DNA of 64,000 nucleotides, taken from contig MEQL01000061.1 in assembly GCA_001770205.1 (NCBI GenBank), positions 1 through 64,000 of the forward strand, given 5' to 3'. Source of the DNA: Bdellovibrionales bacterium RIFOXYD12_FULL_39_22. GTDB taxonomy: Bacteria > Bdellovibrionota > Bacteriovoracia > Bacteriovoracales > Bacteriovoracaceae. A model generated the notes under the pieces. The model did not search any database. It was given only the letters and a program-made list of their open reading frames with translations, and was not told the origin of the DNA. How positions within the stretch are numbered: position 1 is the first letter of the stretch; each line of letters opens with the position of its first letter. Both the position numbers and the translations under genes were made by a program. Shown here in pieces: positions 50,523 to 60,871 of the stretch.

Positions 50523-50538
50523 CGGCACCATCGTTGCA
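50523..50538 (+). promoter_or_regulatory. Putative sigma-54 promoter
   Basis: CGGCAC-CATCG-TTGCA, upstream of AGGGG RBS and ATG 50582. Confidence 0.6.
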
Positions 50539-50581
50539 CAGTAGTAGGTATATTGCTCAAACAAATCACAGGGGTAATTGT

Positions 50582-51850
50582 ATGAGTTTTTTTAGACTGT
50601 CAATGAAATCAATGCTTCTAACCATTGGCCTTAGTGCGGTCGTGATAGCAGCTATGACGATCAGTGATATAAACACCTACTCCACTGAGTTCATGAACGA
50701 TCGCCTTCCGCTCTCTCCGCGACTCGACTATGACTCCCAACGATTTATTGCTTCATCTGCTAATGCCATCAGTTATATGGATATAGAGTGCAGCGACAGT
50801 ACTGCTGCGATTATTAACGGCAATTGGCGTATTCTTTTGATTACCGAAAATTTCTCTACCGGCATAAAAAGTAATCGCATTGTTAAATTTACTTTGATGT
50901 GTGAGGAAGGAACTAATCAAGCAGTAGTTCTACTTGGCAACAGTGGCGACAAAGTTAGCACCATTGATCTATCCAAAGAAGAAGACATTAATCGAAAATT
51001 CCAGATAGGAAAAATCTATGAGCTAAATCATCTAGCTCATGAAAAGGGATCATATGCCATTAAGCTCGTTCAGGAAGTTAACGGCGGTAACACTATTATT
51101 TCTGCTCAAAAATATTTACCACCCTCTAAATACATGTCGGCGGCCAGACAACGATCGGACGGTGTCGAAGAAGAAGTTGGCACCAGTGGAGTGAAAGGAG
51201 TTCCTCTTCCGGCAGAAGCACAAGAATTTTTTCTTGTTAGTGTTACAGGGGCGCCTGATGTGGAAAAACTTAATATCCTCAACTTAAATTCTGGTGGAGA
51301 AAATGGTTTTTTGCTGGATGAAACAGGTATCATTGAAGATTTGAATATCTCTCTTGATGGCAAAGGACAAGTTGCCATTTCGGGGACTTCCATTGGAGAT
51401 GGTGGTATTGTTTATGATAATGCTTATGAACCAGTTGGCCTAATTAATAGGAATGGGCCAAGTAGCTACACTATTCGCTTTGCACAAGGTGATTTAAAAA
51501 ACTTATCCTTTCATTTTGCTTCTCAAGAAGAATATGAAAAAGTTCTATTAACTGAAGAAGATAATCAAGCGCAGCAAGAAGAAAACAAGCTGGCGCAAGA
51601 AGAGGAGAAAAGGGAAAGAGATGCAGAGATCACTTCTAAAAAAGTTGATGAATTTAGCAGAGCAGAAACGGCCGAAGATCCAAATATCACTACTGACGAA
51701 GAAGCCGCGGCCGCACAAGAAGAAAATGTCAAATCACGGGAAGAGATGAACGATCTCGTATCCCAAGAAGGATTTCAATTCAAAAATCAAACGGAAGAAG
51801 AACCTAATAAAGAAGAAATAACCACTGAAAGCGAATCTAAATATCTCTAG
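50582..51850 (+). CDS. Membrane-anchored hypothetical protein with acidic tail
   Basis: N-terminal TM; Glu-rich C-terminus. Confidence 0.7.
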   Translation: MSFFRLSMKSMLLTIGLSAVVIAAMTISDINTYSTEFMNDRLPLSPRLDYDSQRFIASSANAISYMDIECSDSTAAIINGNWRILLITENFSTGIKSNRIVKFTLMCEEGTNQAVVLLGNSGDKVSTIDLSKEEDINRKFQIGKIYELNHLAHEKGSYAIKLVQEVNGGNTIISAQKYLPPSKYMSAARQRSDGVEEEVGTSGVKGVPLPAEAQEFFLVSVTGAPDVEKLNILNLNSGGENGFLLDETGIIEDLNISLDGKGQVAISGTSIGDGGIVYDNAYEPVGLINRNGPSSYTIRFAQGDLKNLSFHFASQEEYEKVLLTEEDNQAQQEENKLAQEEEKRERDAEITSKKVDEFSRAETAEDPNITTDEEAAAAQEENVKSREEMNDLVSQEGFQFKNQTEEEPNKEEITTESESKYL

Positions 51851-52821
51851 CTTTGGCCTTTAAGCAAGGCCTTAAATTCTTCTGCAAAAATCGGCACTAC
51901 TTTGAAGAGATCTCCAACAATACCATAATCTGCTTTGGTAAAAATAGGAGCATCCGGATCGGTATTGATTGCTACGATTACCTTAGACGTTCGCATTCCC
52001 GCCAAATGTTGAATGGCCCCAGAAATTCCACAAGCAATATAAAGGGCCGGAGAGACGGTTTTTCCTGTTTGCCCCACCTGCATAGAGTGATCCGCATAAC
52101 CTGAGTCTACCGCTGCGCGAGATGCCCCAACCGTGGCCCCAATTACATCCGCAAGATCGTGCAGCACTTTAAAATTTTCGCGGGCCTTCATGGCCCTTCC
52201 TCCAGAAACAATAATCTTGGCCTCGGTTAAATCTAATTTTTCAGAGGCACCTTTGATAATTTCTTTAATAGTTGCGCGCAAAGGCCCAGCATCAAAATTA
52301 TCTGCGATCTTATTAACGCTCCCACTTTTCGTTGTTTGATTCATTCCCAAAGCATTTGGGCGGATAGTGATGAAGTGTGGCCTCGGCCCAACAATCTCCA
52401 CCTTAGATAAACATTTCCCGGCAAATTGTGGCCGGGTTCCTTTGAAAATATCGTTTTCAAAAATAAAATTTACTACATCACTGGCCATCCCCGCATTAAA
52501 TATCCCGGCCACTCTTGGCAGTAAGTCCTTTCCTAGGGCCGTTGCGCCAGAAAAAACGTAGTCATAAGAATTTTTTTCAATAACACCTTTTAACGCCTTC
52601 GCATATCCTTCGGGAGAATAGTTGTCTAATCCAGCACCTTTTATTAAATGAATATTTTTGGCCCCATATTGAGCAAGGGCGGCCACTGCTTCCTCGCTCA
52701 GATCGCCGATTATCGCAACATCCACTTCGTGGCCATATAATTTCCCTAATATTTCTAAGGTAACGGCCTTAACACCTTTAGCATTGTTCCTGGTTTCTGA
52801 AAAAATTAATATTTTTGACAT
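51847..52821 (-). CDS. etfA: Electron transfer flavoprotein alpha subunit
   Basis: VSGGR, GASRAAVD, QVGQTGK, GISGAIQHLAGM. Confidence 0.97.
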   Translation of the reverse strand: MSKILIFSETRNNAKGVKAVTLEILGKLYGHEVDVAIIGDLSEEAVAALAQYGAKNIHLIKGAGLDNYSPEGYAKALKGVIEKNSYDYVFSGATALGKDLLPRVAGIFNAGMASDVVNFIFENDIFKGTRPQFAGKCLSKVEIVGPRPHFITIRPNALGMNQTTKSGSVNKIADNFDAGPLRATIKEIIKGASEKLDLTEAKIIVSGGRAMKARENFKVLHDLADVIGATVGASRAAVDSGYADHSMQVGQTGKTVSPALYIACGISGAIQHLAGMRTSKVIVAINTDPDAPIFTKADYGIVGDLFKVVPIFAEEFKALLKGQS

Positions 52822-52851
52822 TTTTTTATCCCCGTTAAATTTCGTTCCAAA

Positions 52852-53640
52852 TTAAATTATCTTTGCCTCATTTCTCAGAAGAGAGACTACCTGATTAACG
52901 ACTACTTTTTGAGTTCCATCTTCCATCGCTTGGAATTTTTTTCCTGGTGGTTTTTCTGGCGGGAGTTGGAAATCAGAATACTTCAAGCGCCGATCCGCAT
53001 CTGTAACGCCCACATCTGCCAAAGAATATTGAGTAAGTGTTTTTTTCTTGGCCTTCATAATTCCCGGTAACGAAGCATAGCGAGGAGTGTTAAGGCCTTT
53101 CTGACAGGCCACCACGCATGGGAGGGTTGTATTATAAACTTCTACTGCCCCGCCCTCTATTTCTCGCTTCAAAGTAAGGGCAGATCCATTGAGATCAAAA
53201 CCAACAACTACACAAACAGACGGAAGATCCATCATCTGCGCAAGCAATGATGGTACTTGCAAATTATCGTCATCAATGGCCTGTTTGCCAGTCAAAATTA
53301 AATCTGCTTTTTTTCCTGACTTTAAAATTGCCCCTTTGATTGCTTTTGCGGTCATATAAGAATCTAAATTATCATCCGCATCAATTAAAATTGCCTCATC
53401 GGCACCCATCGCCATGGCCGTACGCAGTGCCTCCGTGTCTCGCGTCTTTCCAAGACGAACCACTACTACATTGGCATCTGGAATTTTTGTCTTTATTTGC
53501 AATGCTTGCTCCACAGCAAATTCATCATATGGATTCATTACCCATTTAATCGCATTTGTCTCAATAAAGGAGCCATCCTTCATGGGAACAATCTTGGTTT
53601 CTGTATCCGGAACCTGTTTGATACAAACAAAAATATTCAT
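52852..53640 (-). CDS. etfB: Electron transfer flavoprotein beta subunit
   Basis: CIKQVPD, NPYDEFAVE, GKQAIDD, PRYASLPGIMKAKKK. Confidence 0.97.
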   Translation of the reverse strand: MNIFVCIKQVPDTETKIVPMKDGSFIETNAIKWVMNPYDEFAVEQALQIKTKIPDANVVVVRLGKTRDTEALRTAMAMGADEAILIDADDNLDSYMTAKAIKGAILKSGKKADLILTGKQAIDDDNLQVPSLLAQMMDLPSVCVVVGFDLNGSALTLKREIEGGAVEVYNTTLPCVVACQKGLNTPRYASLPGIMKAKKKTLTQYSLADVGVTDADRRLKYSDFQLPPEKPPGKKFQAMEDGTQKVVVNQVVSLLRNEAKII

Positions 53641-53769
53641 ATTTTCTCCTTTTCTCTTTGTCTTGTGAAATTTAGTAGAAATATAGTATTGAAGAAAACA
53701 GGATGGATCAAGAACAAAGGAACTAAACTTTAGTTCTTATTTTTTGCTTTTCTTTTCTGACCTAATAAA

Positions 53770-54009
53770 TCAATTATTCTCATTACCACGAACCGTCGCT
53801 TCACCTTCCGTCTCTAGAATTTCTTCAATGCTTTCACCCTTGTCATTATTGAGTGGTTGAGACTGCGTAAATTGTCCCAAATAAGAGGGAATATTTGTCT
53901 CTTCGGGGGCCACCGGAGATGACTTAACGCCACAACTGACGATAAAAGTGATTATTCCTAAAATAGTTGCTAAGCAATATAATTTAAAATTCCAAACCAA
54001 AACCACCAC
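53770..54009 (-). CDS. Small lipoprotein (LptM/YifL-like)
   Basis: IVSCGVKSSPVAP resembles CGxKGPLxxP; start uncertain. Confidence 0.55.
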   Translation of the reverse strand: MVVLVWNFKLYCLATILGIITFIVSCGVKSSPVAPEETNIPSYLGQFTQSQPLNNDKGESIEEILETEGEATVRGNENN

Positions 54010-54970
54010 CTACAATGTCAGTACCGACATCTATTCGCAAAAACCATCCAGGAACTAAACGCTTCAATAGCGTTGCCCCGAAAATGAAATCATCTTTTTG
54101 CAAGGCATCCATTAAGCGCTTTTCATTTTCTAGCTCTTCGGCAGTCTTATCATCTCCCGGGGTACCCGCCACGGGATTATACGACCTTGTCATTTGATAT
54201 CCAATATAGGGGAGCAGGTAAGAATAAAAAGGAGTCGAGACGGTATATTTAATGCGCGCCGTAATATTGGTGTAGCGCGTGGCCAGCTTGAGACTAGGGA
54301 AATCCTCTACCAAATTTACTCCATAACAAAATTCCGTCCAAATATTGTCTCCAATTTGATAGGCCCAATTAATATACGGTTGTAAATAAGTTGCGGGAGC
54401 AAAATCATTATTTACTCCGGCCACCATTCCATAATTGGCAGTGATAACATTATCAGTTTTTATGCCACGATCTTTATTTTCATCAAACTCCAAATCATCA
54501 TCCACAAGACTTGTTTCATTGTATAGATCTTCTTCGGTATCAATATTTGCACCGGCCAAGGCCTCCGGAAGTGTCTTGCGACGAAAATAACTATCATCCC
54601 CTCGTAAAATTTGTACATCCAATCCTTCACGCATTAGCTTCCAAAGAGGAGTTGAATCAATATGTAAAATTTTAATTCCCGAAATATTATCTTGCTGTTT
54701 TGCGGTAATCCCCCTGGCCACCAACTCATTTCTAAAAATAATCGAAATATAATCTCCGGGAAAATAGGCATTGCTATTATTGCTTATGATAAAAATACGC
54801 TTGGTGGGAGAGATTCGCTGTATTGTCTCGGTAATTAGTGTGGGGGATTCAATTTCAATGGAGGAATTTTCCAACGTATCAACGGCAGAAGCGGCCAAAA
54901 GATTGCCACTTCCCAGAAAGTAAAGGCCAATTAAAAAAAAAATTAGTATAGACATAATAAAGCGAACCAT
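53984..54970 (-). CDS. Hypothetical protein with C-terminal outer-membrane beta-barrel
   Basis: Signal peptide; ends GFGLEF. Confidence 0.65.
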   Translation of the reverse strand: MVRFIMSILIFFLIGLYFLGSGNLLAASAVDTLENSSIEIESPTLITETIQRISPTKRIFIISNNSNAYFPGDYISIIFRNELVARGITAKQQDNISGIKILHIDSTPLWKLMREGLDVQILRGDDSYFRRKTLPEALAGANIDTEEDLYNETSLVDDDLEFDENKDRGIKTDNVITANYGMVAGVNNDFAPATYLQPYINWAYQIGDNIWTEFCYGVNLVEDFPSLKLATRYTNITARIKYTVSTPFYSYLLPYIGYQMTRSYNPVAGTPGDDKTAEELENEKRLMDALQKDDFIFGATLLKRLVPGWFLRIDVGTDIVGGGFGLEF

Positions 54971-55080
54971 TCTCCTATTGTACTTTTTATTTGAAATTAA
55001 TTAAAGTCTTTCTTGCTCGCTCAATGGCCAAGCGTTTTTGTCAGATATTTAATTATTTTAAAAAAATATTAATTTTTTTT

Positions 55081-55107
55081 TAAACATCTGAAAAAATAAT
55101 CCGAGAA
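55081..55107 (+). promoter_or_regulatory. Putative sigma-28 (FliA) promoter
   Basis: TAAA-N15-TCCGAGAA versus consensus TAAA-N15-GCCGATAA. Confidence 0.5.
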
Positions 55108-55169
55108 AGAGAGTAGTGGTTAGTAGATTGCCAAAAAAATATCTACTGGCCAAAATCGGGAGATAAAGT

Positions 55170-55850
55170 ATGAAACTATTAAATTCTATCTTAGCACTTA
55201 CTCTTTTACTGGCCTTGGCGTCTTGCTCTAGCGGAAATAAATCTGCGGAGGATGAAAGTGGAGATTTGGCCACCAGTTCAGAAGATGCTGACTTTGTTGT
55301 GGACTCTGACGATGATAGCGCACTTGTAGATGAAGCGCCTGCTTCCGAAGAGGTTGCTAGTGACAATTCAACACCTCCCAAAGATGCTGAACGGGCACCT
55401 GGAAGTGAAGAAGAGATGGCCGCCGCCACCGAAACTACTACACCATCGCGCGCTCCGGCAGTTGCTCTGGGAGAGGACTTTGGTGAATATACCGTGGCCT
55501 CTAACGACACCCTTATGCTAATTGCTTTCAAGGTTTATGGCGATTACAGCATGTGGAAGCAGATTCAAAATGACAATAATGGCATCTCCTCAACAAAGCT
55601 TACGGTTGGATCGGTTATAAAATACAAAAAACCGCAAGAGGAATTTGTTTGGGGGCCACGCGGTAATCCCTGGTTAATAAAGTTGGGAGATACTCTAGGA
55701 ATAATTTCTAAGGATGTATATGGTGCTACTACCAAGTGGCGAGATATATACAACAATAACCGTCCAATGATCAAAGATCCTAATCTTATTTTTGCTGGAT
55801 TCACTTTGTACTACGTTCCTACTCGCGACATTGCCTCAGAACAGCAATAA
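55170..55850 (+). CDS. Lipoprotein with two LysM domains
   Basis: Lipobox LASC; YTVASNDTLMLIA and IKLGDTLGIIS...IKDPNLIFAG. Confidence 0.9.
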   Translation: MKLLNSILALTLLLALASCSSGNKSAEDESGDLATSSEDADFVVDSDDDSALVDEAPASEEVASDNSTPPKDAERAPGSEEEMAAATETTTPSRAPAVALGEDFGEYTVASNDTLMLIAFKVYGDYSMWKQIQNDNNGISSTKLTVGSVIKYKKPQEEFVWGPRGNPWLIKLGDTLGIISKDVYGATTKWRDIYNNNRPMIKDPNLIFAGFTLYYVPTRDIASEQQ

Positions 55851-55915
55851 TCGCGCAGGGCCGGCAAAAAATTTCGTCTATTTGAAAGTTTAACTGTTAT
55901 CAAGTAATCTATATC

Positions 55916-56800
55916 GTGATGCGAATTCTCAATCGTCTTTTAGTAATTGTTGTATTAATCGTTTATGGTTTTTTTACTAGCGGATGTTCCGTTTGGCATG
56001 ATCAATTCGGCTCATCTAAAAATCTAACTCCTGGACATTTACTCTTTTATCAAAAATACGAGGAGCGCGATTACGCTGAGCATTTGAAATCTATCGGCCA
56101 GCAATACCTTATCGCTCCTAGCGTAATTGCCATTGATCCAAGCAACAAGGCGTTGCAATACTTAACAAAAATATACAGTACTATTGTTAACAATAATGAG
56201 CTACTGCTAAACAAATCTATTTCTCCTCGTTTTTTTATCGTCAATGACCCATCACCTTTTTATTTTTCGCTTCCTGGTGGCCAGTTTTTTTTCTCCGTTG
56301 CTTTAATTAATAAATATTTTGAACATGAACAGTGGTTAGTGGCCGCACTGGCCCACGAAATAATTAGAAGTCATCTACACATCTATGTTAAGAGACGAAT
56401 TGTTCCTGTTGGATATGTTTCCACCGCACGAATATTGTCTCTGACCAGATTACCTCTGGAAACAAAGATAGAAGTAAACAAGTGGACCTATCTTGCCATG
56501 CAACGAGCAGGATATGATTCTTCTGCTCTGCTAACTTGGCTACAAACTCAAAATAAAAATGCCCTGGATTTTACACTTCAACTAGGAAATTCCCGAAACA
56601 TTTCTAGAGAAGAATTTATGTTCAAAAACTTTGTTGCCCAAAAAGGAATTTCTGAGCGAGATGGCCGGGCAGAGGAAATTAATTCCTCCAAAGATTTTTA
56701 CAATTTTATTAGCGAGATAAAAAAAATAGAGATTAAAGGCAATACTACTAGCGTGTCCGAAGGAAAAGGGGGCCAACCGCTGGCCTCTAGATATTTTTAA
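55916..56800 (+). CDS. M48 peptidase-like lipoprotein, probably inactive
   Basis: FSLPGG, LVAALAHEIIR (HExxH lacks second His), RAGYD. Confidence 0.7.
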   Translation: MMRILNRLLVIVVLIVYGFFTSGCSVWHDQFGSSKNLTPGHLLFYQKYEERDYAEHLKSIGQQYLIAPSVIAIDPSNKALQYLTKIYSTIVNNNELLLNKSISPRFFIVNDPSPFYFSLPGGQFFFSVALINKYFEHEQWLVAALAHEIIRSHLHIYVKRRIVPVGYVSTARILSLTRLPLETKIEVNKWTYLAMQRAGYDSSALLTWLQTQNKNALDFTLQLGNSRNISREEFMFKNFVAQKGISERDGRAEEINSSKDFYNFISEIKKIEIKGNTTSVSEGKGGQPLASRYF

Positions 56801-56815
56801 TATTTGAGGTGCTTT

Positions 56816-57850
56816 ATGCGGCCAGAAGAGAGTGAACGACTTTTTGTAGAAACACTTATAAATGACAGTATCGAGCAGGGCAAAATAGATTGTTGCCGCG
56901 TTGGCGAAATTGAGAAACTGGCCGGAGATGCTTCTACTCGGCGCTATTATCGCGCCACAACAACTAAGGATTCATATGTGGTCTGTTTAGATGAACCAAT
57001 TCATGATGGCCAGCGCGAACATGAATTTATTCGCGTTCAGAGGGCCCTGTTGGCCAATGGTGTACGTGTACCAAAAATTTATGATGTCGATGTTCGAAAG
57101 GGTTATATTTTAGAGGAAGATTTGGGCAATGTTACTTTGTTAAAAAAATCTGCCGAAATTACATCTATTACAGAAGAATATTTGATGTATCAACATTGTA
57201 TGGATTTACTACTAAAAATTCATCACCTGAAGCTAGATAATTATAAAAATGAAACTTTCTATAAGCTGGCCTTCGATCAAGAAAAATTGATGAGCGAGGT
57301 TAATTTCACCATAAAACATTTTATTAATAAATTTATGAAAACAACTCTGTCATCTGCAGATGAAGCGATCTTAATCAACGCTTATAGTGAGCTTTGTGGC
57401 CATATTTCCACCCTTCCTCGCCTTTTTACACATCGAGACTTTCACTCGCGCAATATTATGGTAAAAAACGGAGAATATATCGCTATTGATTTTCAAGATG
57501 CGCGCATGGGAATAGCACAATATGATCTTTGCTCTGTTTTAGATGACTGTTATTATTTTTTAAATGAACAGAATGTAGATAAATTGAAAAAATATTACTG
57601 GGATAATCTAGATTCTAAAAAACGTTCGACCAAATCCTATGATGAATTCTTAGAAATTTATGACATCATGGCCACCCAGCGTGTCTTTAAGGCAATTGGA
57701 AGTTTTTCTTATATTTATTCTTTGCGTGGTGATGTCCGGTATATTAAGCATATTGGCCATAGCTTTGAAAAGTTAAGAAAAATTCTATTTAAGTATCCTA
57801 AACTGACAGCAATTCGATCTCTTCTCTCTACAATCTATTATGAGCACTAA
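56816..57850 (+). CDS. amgK: Anomeric MurNAc/GlcNAc kinase (APH fold)
   Basis: LAGDASTRRYYR, EDLG, HRDFHSRNIM, IDFQDA; upstream of murU. Confidence 0.85.
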   Translation: MRPEESERLFVETLINDSIEQGKIDCCRVGEIEKLAGDASTRRYYRATTTKDSYVVCLDEPIHDGQREHEFIRVQRALLANGVRVPKIYDVDVRKGYILEEDLGNVTLLKKSAEITSITEEYLMYQHCMDLLLKIHHLKLDNYKNETFYKLAFDQEKLMSEVNFTIKHFINKFMKTTLSSADEAILINAYSELCGHISTLPRLFTHRDFHSRNIMVKNGEYIAIDFQDARMGIAQYDLCSVLDDCYYFLNEQNVDKLKKYYWDNLDSKKRSTKSYDEFLEIYDIMATQRVFKAIGSFSYIYSLRGDVRYIKHIGHSFEKLRKILFKYPKLTAIRSLLSTIYYEH

Positions 57851-58784
57851 TTCCTCTCTTTCTTCGCGGCCACCTCCTCTGTATGGCCTTATTTTAGGAG
57901 CGGGACTTGGTACTCGAATGGGAAGTATTGGCAAAATAGTTCCTAAAATATTATGGCCAATTTTTGAACGCAAAATAATTGAATTGGAAATTGAATATGC
58001 TAACAGTCTGGGATGCCAGAAAATTTTTATCAACACGCACTTTCTTCACAAGGAAGTTGAACTATGGTTTGCCGGCCAAAAATACACAAATGTTCAATTA
58101 ACCTACGAGCCAGAACTTCTGCTTTCTGGGGGGCCGATTCACAATGTCGCACAAAATTACCTTGGGAAATATGACGGGCATCTATTGGTTATAAGTGGTG
58201 ATCAATTTTATTTTTTTGATAATAAAATATTTCAAAAGGCCAGATTAGAACTCTCTGCCTTCCGCGCAATTCTTTTTGGCCTTAAAGCTGCTTCCGTTTC
58301 TGGATATAATCGATTAATTATTTCTGAGCAAAAAAAATTAACAAATATTGAGCAATATCACTCCGGATTACCCTCTCAGTACATAACCTATTCTGGCACT
58401 AGCTTAATCAATCTTAAAACACTTTCACCGGTAAATGGCCCATCTTCTTTTTTTCAAAGTGTCGCTGATTATAAAAACAGTCTTGTGCAAGTCGAAACTC
58501 CAGATAATTCAGAATATTGGGACTTTGGGACATTAAATCGATATAAAGACTCTATGGCCGCCCTTCTCTCAGCATTAGTAAATTACCAACATTCCCCATC
58601 CAACGGTGGAGATTTTCTCGCTTTTTGTATAAAACATCATGTTTTTGATTTTAAAAAAGTTATCGGAGAACATGCATATTTTTGTCCTTCCGATAAGCAG
58701 CAAATCGTGATCGATAATACAACAGCAGATTTTATAATTGAAAAAGGTATTTCTGAAATTTTTTATAGGACTAGGCCAACTTAA
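57840..58784 (+). CDS. murU: MurNAc-1-phosphate uridylyltransferase-like nucleotidyltransferase
   Basis: ILGAGLGTRM, PK, INTH, YSG, WDFGT. Confidence 0.75.
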   Translation: MSTNSSLSSRPPPLYGLILGAGLGTRMGSIGKIVPKILWPIFERKIIELEIEYANSLGCQKIFINTHFLHKEVELWFAGQKYTNVQLTYEPELLLSGGPIHNVAQNYLGKYDGHLLVISGDQFYFFDNKIFQKARLELSAFRAILFGLKAASVSGYNRLIISEQKKLTNIEQYHSGLPSQYITYSGTSLINLKTLSPVNGPSSFFQSVADYKNSLVQVETPDNSEYWDFGTLNRYKDSMAALLSALVNYQHSPSNGGDFLAFCIKHHVFDFKKVIGEHAYFCPSDKQQIVIDNTTADFIIEKGISEIFYRTRPT

Positions 58785-58959
58785 TACAATTTGCAGGACA
58801 TAGCTCTGCACAGATATGACACATTGTGCACGCCCACGTTTCTATATAATAACTTTCTTTTGTTTTTATAATGGCCGCGTTTGGGCACAACAGACGACAA
58901 TAATCGCAGTGAACACAGCGAGAGGAAATTACAAGCTTGGGAATTTTTTCTTCATTCAT
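58771..58959 (-). CDS. 2x[4Fe-4S] ferredoxin
   Basis: Two CxxCxxCxxxCP motifs. Confidence 0.9.
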   Translation of the reverse strand: MNEEKIPKLVISSRCVHCDYCRLLCPNAAIIKTKESYYIETWACTMCHICAELCPANCIKLA

Positions 58960-59047
58960 AAAAAAGACAATTGGTTCTTAGCGGTTAATATAGTACCATG
59001 TAATAGAATAACTTTTTTATTATAGTAAGCAAGGTGATTATATTTCT

Positions 59048-59779
59048 ATGCAGATAAAACTATACAAAAGAAGCACCGTCATGCGCAACATGGTGCTCTT
59101 TATCTCTCTCTCTCTGTTTTTTGTGCATATTCAAAACTCTATTAATACAGGAGTCTCCTCGTTTGATTTAGAGAAATTTGTATCCTTGCTTACAACGGAA
59201 AAGACGATGGTATTACTCAGTCTTTTATCCATTTTTTCTGTTTTATACGCAAATAGGATTTCTAAAATATTTTTTGCCCTTTTTTCTTTTTTTGTCATCT
59301 ATAACGGGTTTGCTACTTTTTTTACAAAACTTGATAAAATTATTCTGCTTATGAATGGCCTTTACGTTGTTCTAGCATACTTTTTCTATCTGTTTTGGCA
59401 CTTTGAATTAAATGAATCCGTCTACGTCCCTGGATTTTCCACTAGCATGATTGGAAAAAAATCGCTTTATAACATTCAGGTTGAATTATTGGCCGAGTTT
59501 AGAGATCCCATGAAAGGAATCATGACCAACTGGGACGAGGTTGGCTGTTTTATTGCGCTTGATGATGAGTTCGATGAAACAATTAAGAAAAATGTGAAAA
59601 TATATATTTCTTTTGCTGGAAAAGAATTTTGCCAATGGGGAGAAATTATTTCTGGATATGGAAATGGTGTTGGAATAAAATTCTTTGAAGGCGAAGATGA
59701 ACATGATCTTGATTTAAAATGGAAAGATTTTTTTTCAATTATTACAGATCGAGGATATGATCAATATTCTGAAATCTAG
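59048..59779 (+). CDS. Membrane protein with degenerate PilZ-like C-terminal domain
   Basis: About 4 TM helices; GIMTNWDEVGCFI and GVGIKF; no RxxxR. Confidence 0.55.
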   Translation: MQIKLYKRSTVMRNMVLFISLSLFFVHIQNSINTGVSSFDLEKFVSLLTTEKTMVLLSLLSIFSVLYANRISKIFFALFSFFVIYNGFATFFTKLDKIILLMNGLYVVLAYFFYLFWHFELNESVYVPGFSTSMIGKKSLYNIQVELLAEFRDPMKGIMTNWDEVGCFIALDDEFDETIKKNVKIYISFAGKEFCQWGEIISGYGNGVGIKFFEGEDEHDLDLKWKDFFSIITDRGYDQYSEI

Positions 59780-59792
59780 ATGGATGGTTTTT

Positions 59793-60233
59793 ATGCAAAA
59801 ATTTTTGTCTTATGCGCTCGCTATTTTTTTTATTTTTTCTTGTCAGGTAGAAAATGTTCCGGAAACTGCCCTTAAGCGTTATATCGATTATCGACTTTCA
59901 AATAATCAAAATCGCGAAGATATGCTCTCAATGGTGTCCGGCCAACTTAAGGCCTCTTTACTGGAACAGTCTGACGAAGAGTTGGCAAAAATAATTGCCG
60001 AAACTCAGCAGCAACGACTGTCTAAGTTTAAAATTTTATTCAAAACATGTGATGATACAATTGGGGAGTGTAACATAACATATATAATCGCCTATGATAC
60101 TTATCAAAATGATAAAAAAGAGTTCTCGGTAGAAGTCAAAAAAATCGCAACCATGGCCCTCGACGCTGGTATTTGGAAGGTTGCTGACGTGAAAAATTTA
60201 AAAACCAATATAGACAACAAATCCTCTCTTTAA
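59793..60233 (+). CDS. Hypothetical lipoprotein
   Basis: Lipobox IFSC. Confidence 0.7.
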   Translation: MQKFLSYALAIFFIFSCQVENVPETALKRYIDYRLSNNQNREDMLSMVSGQLKASLLEQSDEELAKIIAETQQQRLSKFKILFKTCDDTIGECNITYIIAYDTYQNDKKEFSVEVKKIATMALDAGIWKVADVKNLKTNIDNKSSL

Positions 60234-60328
60234 CGTTCATTGAACTAGGTTGCCGGAAAAATATTCCTCCCTTTATTTTTTATTGGGGGCCCAATTATCT
60301 AATTTAATATTTTTCCGATTAGTTTGCC

Positions 60329-60871
60329 ATGAATGAATCGGCCATAGAAGATGGATTTATTGGAATGCTTTTAGAGGAGACCTATAAGAATGTCTCCAAA
60401 GAAGAGTCTGCGGCCGCGCCCTCTGATCTTTATAAATATTTTGATCTAAAAAATAAAAGTACTGACAGAAACGAGAGTATTGAATCAACCCTAGAAAATC
60501 ACCTTTCTGCTCAAAATATTAAAATCTATGAATTTAAGTATCAAGCGCCAACGGCATGCTATCGATTTTATGTTAACCAAATGGAACTAGACATTCCATC
60601 TAATTGGTCTGTCTTTGAACAACTACATAGATCTGCCCGCCTTAATGAGTCAGCTCTGTTAATTATCAATGCCGAGAATGATTACGATGCTCTTTTTAAC
60701 GTTCTACTCCCATTTGCTGAATGCAAATCAGATTTAATTTTATTCGTAAATAATCAGAAAATATATATGGCCTTTATCCCAGAGGCCCGACGAGAAAATA
60801 TTCAATGGATAAAAAACTATCTAGAACTAGAGGACAAACTAACCGCAATAGATGTGGTCAAGGCTGCCTAA
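60329..60871 (+). CDS. Hypothetical protein
   Basis: 180-aa ORF filling the gap between genes. Confidence 0.65.
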   Translation: MNESAIEDGFIGMLLEETYKNVSKEESAAAPSDLYKYFDLKNKSTDRNESIESTLENHLSAQNIKIYEFKYQAPTACYRFYVNQMELDIPSNWSVFEQLHRSARLNESALLIINAENDYDALFNVLLPFAECKSDLILFVNNQKIYMAFIPEARRENIQWIKNYLELEDKLTAIDVVKAA

